Below are positions 61,646 to 64,000 of a DNA stretch of 64,000 nt, piece after piece. Both the position numbers and the translations under genes were made by a program. The notes beneath the pieces were generated by a model, which worked only from the letters and a program-made list of their open reading frames with translations, was not told where the DNA came from and did not search any database. Source of the stretch: Synechococcus sp. ChBW.bin.23 (GTDB lineage: Bacteria > Cyanobacteriota > Cyanobacteriia > PCC-6307 > Cyanobiaceae); the NCBI GenBank assembly GCA_037620855.1, contig JASJLK010000091.1:13589-77588 (forward strand), in the 5' to 3' direction. Each line of letters opens with the position of its first letter. Within the stretch, counting starts at the first letter, position 1.

Positions 61646-61987
61646 ATGCCTTTTCAGAGCACCGTGGGTGACTATCAAACAGTCGCCACCCTGGAGACAT
61701 TCGGCTTCCTTCCGCCGATGACACAGGACGAGATCTATGACCAGATTGCTTACATCATTGCCCAAGGATGGAGCCCGCTCGTTGAGCACGTCCATCCTTC
61801 CAATTCCATGGCCATCTACTGGTCCTATTGGAAGCTTCCTTTCTTCGGTGAGAAGGATCTCAATGTTGTTGTGAGTGAACTCGAGGCTTGCCACCGCGCA
61901 TACCCCGACCATCACGTACGCATCGTTGGCTATGACGCTTACACCCAGGGTCAAGGCTCCTGCTTCGTGGTTTTCGAAGGACGTTGA
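61646..61987 (+). CDS. rbcS: RuBisCO small subunit, form IA
   Basis: MPFQSTVGDYQTVATLETFGFLP, YWSYWKLPFF, RIVGYD. Confidence 0.98.
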   Translation: MPFQSTVGDYQTVATLETFGFLPPMTQDEIYDQIAYIIAQGWSPLVEHVHPSNSMAIYWSYWKLPFFGEKDLNVVVSELEACHRAYPDHHVRIVGYDAYTQGQGSCFVVFEGR

Positions 61988-62007
61988 TCCTTCTGCTGCA
62001 AGATTTC

Positions 62008-62038
62008 GAGCCCTGAGTTGATCAGGGCTCAACTTTTT
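62008..62038 (+). terminator. Terminator/attenuator-like hairpin between rbcS and csoS2
   Basis: gagccctga-gttga-tcagggctc perfect 9-bp stem, then aacTTTTT. Confidence 0.65.
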
Positions 62039-62086
62039 CTGTAGGGACTTGTTCCCTCCAACTCACGACGACATTCTCGGGCGGAC

Positions 62087-64000
62087 ATGGCAAGACTTTC
62101 TAGTCGCGAATTAGCTCTCGAGCGCCGTAAGGCTCTCACTACTGCTGGTAAAAAAGCATCCGTTGTTGTTTCAGCAGGTGCGAATCGTGTTCGGTCGTTC
62201 GACGATGCCCGTAAGACGCGCACCAAAGCAGATCCAGTTGTGGCAGCCACTTCAAACGCCGCAACTCCTGTCGCTGTAGAGCGACCAGGACATCAATCAC
62301 TGACCTCTTCGTCAGCATCTCATCGTTCTCGGGTTAAACCTGTCAGTCAACCAAGTCGTGAGCTCGTTATGGCTCGCCGAGAAGCCCTTTCACGTCGTGG
62401 CAAATCAGCAGACACCACTAGAGATAGAAATCGAGCTGAGGTCGCTCGTAAAACAGCTACAAATACATCCAAGATTGCTCCTGCAGTCAGTAAGAAAGAC
62501 TCTGGTTGTGGAGACAATGCGGCAGCTGAAGCATCAACTCGTTTGAGTCGTCTGGCTGTACCTGTTGATCTTTCCACTAAAAATTCCTCCCGCCGCAGCA
62601 AAGCTCCAAAGCGTCGTGCCATCGATAATCCAAGCCGATCACTCGCTTTAGCCCGTCGTGAAGCGATGTCTAAACACGGGAAAACAGCTGGTAAACAACC
62701 CACAAGTGCTGCTGCATTAGCCCGTCAGGCGAATCCTGACCTCACCAGCCGTGAGTTGGCTCAACAAGTGCGTGAGCTTCGCGCGAAGTCCGGAGCTCGT
62801 AGCAAGCAAAGCGCTGGAATAACGCGTCCAACAGGCCCGAATCGGAATGGATCTAAGCAAGCCGCCTCCGCTGATGCTCACTGGAAGGTGGGTGAGTCAG
62901 AGACCACTGGAGGCCAGACTGTGACTGGCACGCAGGCGAATCGATCCGTTAAGACGACGGGCAACGAAGCCAGCACGTGTCGTTCGATTACTGGTACTGA
63001 ATATCTCGGTGCAGAGGTCTTCCAGACTTTTTGTCAAAGCACTCCAACGCCAACCACACCCGCCAAGGTTCGTGTGTCTGCCACCACCCATGGGAATCGG
63101 GTTACTGGCAACGAGGTTGGTCGCTCGGAAAAAGTGACAGGCGATGAGCCCGGCACCTGCAAAAGAGTGACAGGTACGGAATACATTTCAGCGAATCAAA
63201 GCGCCGCCTACTGCGGTGGAACCAACCCATCTCCACGCAAGGTTGGACATAGCCTGACGCAGCAAGGGCGCCCTGTTAGCGGCGTGATGGTAGGGCGATC
63301 CTCCAGCGTGACTGGGAATGAAGCTGGTGCGAACCGCTCTTTGACTGGTGATCAATATTTAGGATCTGATCCCCTCCCTGAGGGCCGTCCAGCTGCCAAG
63401 GTTGGGTTGTCTGAAACGCTCTCTGGCACAGGCGTTACTGGCACGATGCTTGGTCGTTCCTCGAGTGTCACTGGCGATGAACCTGGTTCTTGCAAGCGCG
63501 TGACTGGCAATCAGTACATCAGTGCAGAACAAGTCAATTCATTCTGTGGAACCAAGCCAGATCCAGAACCATCGAAGGTTGGATTCAGCATGACTAACCG
63601 CAACCAAGTGGTGAGTGGCACCAGCACAGGTCGCTCTGAAAAGGTCACGGGTGATGAACCTGGAAGCTGCAAAGCAGTGACAGGTACTCCCTACGCAGGC
63701 CTTGAGCAAGCAGGACAATACTGTGGTAACTCCGCTGTTCAAGCGATCCGGGAACGGACCCCTGTCCGCCCCGGTACACCTTCCTCTCCCATGACAGGCC
63801 TGCAACCAGGTATTGGAGGTGTGATGACAGGCGGCGAACGTGGCGCTTGTGAAGCTGTCACTGGTACTCCTTATATCGGTGCCGATCAGCTCTCAGCAGC
63901 TTGTGGTGCTGAGGCACCCCTTGGAACAGACACGCATGGTCAATCACCAGAAGGGTCGAGTTGGACTCGATTCAGTGTGGTTTCTCCTGCCCGTGCTGCG
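62087..64000 (+). CDS. csoS2: Carboxysome scaffold CsoS2 (runs off the window end)
   Basis: Missing from the ORF track. Translated by hand as open to 64000: MARLSSRELALERRKALTTAGKK, four R-x-L..RR N-peptides and six VTG-rich M repeats. Confidence 0.97.
   Translation, partial: MARLSSRELALERRKALTTAGKKASVVVSAGANRVRSFDDARKTRTKADPVVAATSNAATPVAVERPGHQSLTSSSASHRSRVKPVSQPSRELVMARREALSRRGKSADTTRDRNRAEVARKTATNTSKIAPAVSKKDSGCGDNAAAEASTRLSRLAVPVDLSTKNSSRRSKAPKRRAIDNPSRSLALARREAMSKHGKTAGKQPTSAAALARQANPDLTSRELAQQVRELRAKSGARSKQSAGITRPTGPNRNGSKQAASADAHWKVGESETTGGQTVTGTQANRSVKTTGNEASTCRSITGTEYLGAEVFQTFCQSTPTPTTPAKVRVSATTHGNRVTGNEVGRSEKVTGDEPGTCKRVTGTEYISANQSAAYCGGTNPSPRKVGHSLTQQGRPVSGVMVGRSSSVTGNEAGANRSLTGDQYLGSDPLPEGRPAAKVGLSETLSGTGVTGTMLGRSSSVTGDEPGSCKRVTGNQYISAEQVNSFCGTKPDPEPSKVGFSMTNRNQVVSGTSTGRSEKVTGDEPGSCKAVTGTPYAGLEQAGQYCGNSAVQAIRERTPVRPGTPSSPMTGLQPGIGGVMTGGERGACEAVTGTPYIGADQLSAACGAEAPLGTDTHGQSPEGSSWTRFSVVSPARAA

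Noticed and set aside
60465-62032. Long antisense and alternate-frame ORFs over rbcL/rbcS (also 2808-3323, 34878-35426, 35473-36102, 44861-45454, 53027-53560)
   Set aside because: Shadow ORFs of well-supported genes, with no recognisable motifs.
62087-64000. Halothiobacillus-type -1 frameshift in csoS2
   Set aside because: No CCCAAAG heptamer in the visible part; the gene is truncated by the window, so this is not fully excluded.

Overview
Core-genome segment of a marine picocyanobacterium (Synechococcus subcluster 5.1-like). The assignment rests on the form IA RuBisCO with alpha-carboxysome genes, the chlN-chlB-chlL cluster beside por, the ado-aar-accA block and dense gene packing. About 70 CDSs run from priA to a 3'-truncated csoS2, covering replication and translation, nucleotide and amino-acid metabolism, tetrapyrrole and cobalamin synthesis, alkane synthesis, cell division and carbon fixation. 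I saw no tRNA, rRNA, CRISPR array, IS element or prophage. No complete new multi-gene system is demonstrable, but several proteins carry unexplained signatures. The strongest leads are: (1) a membrane protein with a voltage-sensor-like S1-S4 module and no pore (13720-15225); (2) a photolyase/cryptochrome ending in a beta-clamp-like motif, QLTLDL; (3) an apparently domesticated tyrosine recombinase translationally coupled to a methyltransferase and cobO; (4) FtsL-like and FtsB-like candidates; and (5) a carboxysome-flanking block with an HTH-like protein, a HAM1 homolog lacking the purine-recognition residues and a LysR-type palindrome. All functional calls come from motif recognition by eye; no searches were run. 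Several start codons were moved downstream of the ORF-track starts.
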